This document shows, piece by piece, positions 60,208-64,000 of a DNA stretch of 64,000 nt; within the stretch, counting starts at the first letter, position 1; the number at the start of each line of letters is the position of its first letter. Both the position numbers and the translations under genes were made by a program. This stretch comes from an uncultured Clostridium sp. (GTDB taxonomy: Bacteria > Bacillota_I > Bacilli_A > RF39 > UBA660): NCBI GenBank assembly GCA_947427095.1, contig CANEGO010000001.1, positions 40,164 to 104,163 of the forward strand. The letters run 5' to 3'. Below the pieces are notes generated by a model. That model worked only from the letters and a program-made list of their open reading frames with translations, was not told where the DNA came from and ran no database searches.

Positions 60208-60846
60208 TTATATCTTCTTAACACTATCTTTTTTAAAATCTGTAACCCTCGTTTTTTTTGATACATCAAAAGAACTTCCATATGCTAAGGAAAGGTTAGA
60301 TAATAATGCTTTCGCTTCATTTTGGTATCTTTTTCCGTATTTTCTAGAGATATTTTTAGAATAAGCCTCAATTGGGTAAGCCAAAGTTTTCCCACACAAT
60401 AATTCGTCAAAATCGGTAACATCATAAATATCACTTAAAACAACCTTTGTATCATTAATTGCATAATCATGACTGGTATTAGGCAGAATTGTTCTTAATG
60501 CTATTAAAGATCCATTTTGCTCTTTAAAAATAAAATCCGCATAAAATTCATTAAAATCAGGATTAAAAATAACAAATAATAAATTTGATACCGCAAAATA
60601 ATTAGTTTTTCTTACCAAACTAAATTTATATAACCCCTCACTTTTATAAATTTTTTCCTCTTTTTTATCAATTTTTTCTTTTCTTTTAAAGGAATTTTTA
60701 GCATTAAATTCAAAACCACATAATCTGTCAATACTATCTGGATTAATTGTAAGATAAATATTTTCTTTCGTATTAAGAATAAATTTACGAGTATCTTTTA
60801 TGTTAAAATCCCTTAATTTTCTAAAAGTTTCATTTTTATTTTTCAT
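60208..60846 (-). CDS. Hypothetical protein
   Basis: 212-aa ORF with RBS AGGGG. Confidence 0.6.
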   Translation of the reverse strand: MKNKNETFRKLRDFNIKDTRKFILNTKENIYLTINPDSIDRLCGFEFNAKNSFKRKEKIDKKEEKIYKSEGLYKFSLVRKTNYFAVSNLLFVIFNPDFNEFYADFIFKEQNGSLIALRTILPNTSHDYAINDTKVVLSDIYDVTDFDELLCGKTLAYPIEAYSKNISRKYGKRYQNEAKALLSNLSLAYGSSFDVSKKTRVTDFKKDSVKKI

Positions 60847-60903
60847 ACTTTCCCCCTAAAATTAATAAATATAATATCATAAAAAAATAAATATGTCTAA
60901 CTA

Positions 60904-63900
60904 TTAATCGTTAGACATATTTTTGTAATAAGAAAATCTTTTTATGGCGGCTTCTTTATTTTGTTTTAATAATTCCTCCGCATGCGTCTTATTAATGTTT
61001 TTTAACATTGCATACCTATTTTCATTTTCTAGTAATTCATCATACTTATCGAAGTTAGGATTTTTATAATCTAGTTTAAAAATACCATCTGTTGGATTAT
61101 ATCTAAAAATCGGAAAATATCCACTTTGAACGGCTAATTTCTCTTCATTTATACTATCTTTCATACCAGACTTTATTCCGTGAGTAATACATGGAGCATA
61201 AGCAATTACGATTGATGGTCCATTATAATTTGCAGCCTCAGTAAGTGCGTTTATCGCTTGCTGCATGTTCCCACCTAAGCTTATTTGCGCTACGTAAACG
61301 TCTTCGTAAGACATAAATATTCTAGCTAAATCTTTCTTTTTTCCAGTCTTGCCGGAAGGCGCAAATTTAGCCACTGCTCCACTTCTAGTTGATTTAGACG
61401 TTTGCCCACCCGTGTTCGAGTAAACCTCCGTATCTAAAACTAAAATATTTATATTTTCACCGCTTGCTAAAACATGATCTAATCCACCATACCCAATGTC
61501 GTAAGCCCAACCATCACCACCTAATATCCAAATGGTTTTAGGCATTATGTAATTTTTAATTCTTTCTAATTGCATCGCCTCAGAATAATCAAAATTAGAA
61601 ACTAGGTTTAAACACGTTTTGGTATCATTAGGATTTTTCAACCATTCATCTGCTATGATCTTATTTTCAGATGAAAGATCAGACGTAGATAAAATATGCT
61701 TAATTTTTTCTTTTGATAAATCATGAGCCGTTTTTATTCCAAAACCAAACTCAGCATTATCTTCAAATAAAGAATTGGCCCACGAAACACCATACGGCAT
61801 TCCAGGATGTGAACCGCCATAAATTGAAGAACAACCCGTTGCGTTTGCAATAACTAAGTTTTCACCAAAAAGTTGTGTTAGTAATTTAACGTATGGTGTT
61901 TGCCCACAACCAGTACAAGCCCCAGAAAATTCAAATAATGGCTTTTTAAATTGAGAGCCTTTTATTGTAGTTTTAGAAATTAAGTTTTTATCTAATTTAT
62001 CTTCATTCTCAAACAATAAGGTAGGATCTTTTCTTTTCACTTCTGATTCATTTTTCATTATAATGGCCTTTTCTTTAGAAGGACAAACCTCAGCGCAAAC
62101 ACCGCACCCCGTACAATCCTTATCTGATACAGCCATGTAAAAAAATAAATCATCCTTACCTTTATAAGGAGCCACTTTTCCTTCTAAATTATATTTTTCT
62201 ACTTCATCTTTAGTTAATACGAACGGTCTTATTACCGCGTGAGGGCAAGCCAAAGCACACTGGTTACACTCTATACAGTTTTCTTTGTTCCAACACGGAA
62301 GCATTTGTGCAATATCTCTTTTTTCAAATCTAGACATCGAAGTATTAAATGATCCATCAGTATGATTTTCAAAATCACTTACCGTTAAATCATTACCTTT
62401 TAATTTCGATGTTAAATTAAATATTTTATCATCACATAACTTCAAATCATATCCTTCGTTTTGGAAACTTAAAGAATTTATATCAATGAATACTTCTTTT
62501 AGCGAAACATCAACACTATCTACTGCATTTAAATTAGCGTTTACTATTATCTCTCCTTTTTTTGCAAAACGCTTTTTTATTTGTTCTTTAATTTTCACTT
62601 TAATCTGATCATAATTAACAAGACCACCAACTTTAAACATCGCTGTTAAAACAATCGCCGATATTTTATTACTTATATTGTTTTCCATTGCAATTTTAAA
62701 AGCATCAATCGTATAGAATTTTATATTATTATCAATCATGTATTTCTTAACATCAGAGGATAAAAATTTTAATAGTGAATCATCTTTTAGCGAGGTAACA
62801 AGAATAAGCGTTCCATTTTTCTTTAATTTATTCATTATATCATACCTATTTAAGTATGAATCTTTAGTAACCACTAACATATTTGCCTTATCAACATAGT
62901 ATGGCTTGTTTATGTCATCTTTTGATACTCTAAGGTGAGACTTTGTAACACCCCCTGATTTTTTTGAATCATACTCAAAGTATCCTTGCACATTTGCATC
63001 AGTATAATTTCCTAATATTGTTATAAGATCTTTTGATGCGCTAACCATTCCGTCAGAACCATATCCATAAACTAAAATTTGTCTTACCGTTTTATCTTTT
63101 ATTTTATAATCAGGAATATTAATACTTTTATTAGTTAAATCATCCGTTATTCCAATGGTAAAGCCAGAAAAACAATCATTATTATCTAAAAAGTCAAATA
63201 CGCCTTTTATCATTGCTGGAGTAGTATTCTTACCTGAAAGGCCATACCTTCCCCCAATTATTTTAGGGGTAATATCTTGATTTAAAAATGCCTCACAAAC
63301 ATCCAAATAAAGTGGTTCTCCACTAGATCCTGCTTCTTTAGTTCGATCTAACACTGCTATTTTTCTTACGGTTTTAGGTATTACATCAAGCAAATATTTA
63401 CTGCTAAATGGTCTATATAAATGCACCTCAACAAGGCCTAAAGCATCATCTTCATTATCAATAACCTCTTTTATCGTATCACAAACAGAACCCATTGCAA
63501 TAATTATCTTACTTGCATTTTTATTACCATAATAATTAAATGGTTTATAGTTTTTTCCAGTCAAATCATTTATTTTAGTCATATAATCATTAACAACATC
63601 AGGAAGATTATCATAAAGTACGTTTCTTGCCTCAGTATTTTGAAAGTATATATCATCATTTTGAGTTGTACCACGAATCACTTTTTTTGATAACATGCTA
63701 TTATCCTTAAAATCATTTAAGGCCTTACGGTCTATTAAATACTTTAAATCTGATCCGTCTAATACTTCTATTTTCTTTAATTCATGACTCGTTCTAAAGC
63801 CATCAAAAAAGTTAACAAACGGAACTTTTCCCCTTAAAGATGATAAATAAGAAACCGCGGTTAAGTTCATGACATCCTGAACGTTTGAGGAAGCTAAATA

Positions 63901-64000
63901 GGCAAAACCTGTCGATCTTGCCGCATATATATCTTGGTGATCTCCCATGATACTTAAAGCATGTGTAGCAAGTGATCTTGCTGCAACGTTTATAACACAA
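60904..64000 (-). CDS. nifJ: Pyruvate:ferredoxin (flavodoxin) oxidoreductase (5' end beyond the window)
   Basis: FFDGFRTSHE, GGRYGL, two 4Fe-4S motifs, ANATGCSSIYG and GGDGWAYDIG; the frame stays open to the window edge. Confidence 0.97.
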   Translation of the reverse strand, partial: CVINVAARSLATHALSIMGDHQDIYAARSTGFAYLASSNVQDVMNLTAVSYLSSLRGKVPFVNFFDGFRTSHELKKIEVLDGSDLKYLIDRKALNDFKDNSMLSKKVIRGTTQNDDIYFQNTEARNVLYDNLPDVVNDYMTKINDLTGKNYKPFNYYGNKNASKIIIAMGSVCDTIKEVIDNEDDALGLVEVHLYRPFSSKYLLDVIPKTVRKIAVLDRTKEAGSSGEPLYLDVCEAFLNQDITPKIIGGRYGLSGKNTTPAMIKGVFDFLDNNDCFSGFTIGITDDLTNKSINIPDYKIKDKTVRQILVYGYGSDGMVSASKDLITILGNYTDANVQGYFEYDSKKSGGVTKSHLRVSKDDINKPYYVDKANMLVVTKDSYLNRYDIMNKLKKNGTLILVTSLKDDSLLKFLSSDVKKYMIDNNIKFYTIDAFKIAMENNISNKISAIVLTAMFKVGGLVNYDQIKVKIKEQIKKRFAKKGEIIVNANLNAVDSVDVSLKEVFIDINSLSFQNEGYDLKLCDDKIFNLTSKLKGNDLTVSDFENHTDGSFNTSMSRFEKRDIAQMLPCWNKENCIECNQCALACPHAVIRPFVLTKDEVEKYNLEGKVAPYKGKDDLFFYMAVSDKDCTGCGVCAEVCPSKEKAIIMKNESEVKRKDPTLLFENEDKLDKNLISKTTIKGSQFKKPLFEFSGACTGCGQTPYVKLLTQLFGENLVIANATGCSSIYGGSHPGMPYGVSWANSLFEDNAEFGFGIKTAHDLSKEKIKHILSTSDLSSENKIIADEWLKNPNDTKTCLNLVSNFDYSEAMQLERIKNYIMPKTIWILGGDGWAYDIGYGGLDHVLASGENINILVLDTEVYSNTGGQTSKSTRSGAVAKFAPSGKTGKKKDLARIFMSYEDVYVAQISLGGNMQQAINALTEAANYNGPSIVIAYAPCITHGIKSGMKDSINEEKLAVQSGYFPIFRYNPTDGIFKLDYKNPNFDKYDELLENENRYAMLKNINKTHAEELLKQNKEAAIKRFSYYKNMSND

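Noticed and set aside
2984-64000. Short plus-strand ORFs in the track (for example 8342-8626, 28943-29275, 50129-50632, 58911-59438) and the alternative-frame minus ORF 63812-64000
   Set aside because: They are antisense or off-frame shadows of well-supported genes and show no recognisable motifs.

Overview
AT-rich chromosomal segment of a low-GC Firmicute using the standard code (TGA and TAG are used as stops). Gene content and the many orphan ORFs fit a reduced gut Bacilli lineage such as RF39, which is an inference. Every well-supported gene but one (sspI) lies on the minus strand. The housekeeping backbone is polA (partial), pheST with a Phe T-box, frr/tsf/rpsB (no pyrH between tsf and frr), priA, folD/glyA, addAB, ppdK, a xerC/D recombinase, perR-rubrerythrin, corA, def, add, a MarR-ABC exporter, rlmD and PFOR (partial). 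The most notable observations are: (1) two sigma-A-type promoters with a G10 tract in the -35/-10 spacer (18 and 16 bp, each one base off the optimum), suggesting phase variation, one driving a TasA/SipW-like secreted protein and the other an operon of two paralogous membrane proteins plus a COOH-NH2 amidoligase; (2) an unannotated 26-aa hydrophobic peptide with a convergent sRNA, resembling a type I toxin-antitoxin locus; (3) a 68-bp MITE-like element with a 9-bp target duplication inserted in a terminator loop; (4) a pilin-like Cys-repeat adhesin; (5) a nonsense-interrupted paralog of the TasA-like gene. No rRNA, tRNA or CRISPR array was seen.
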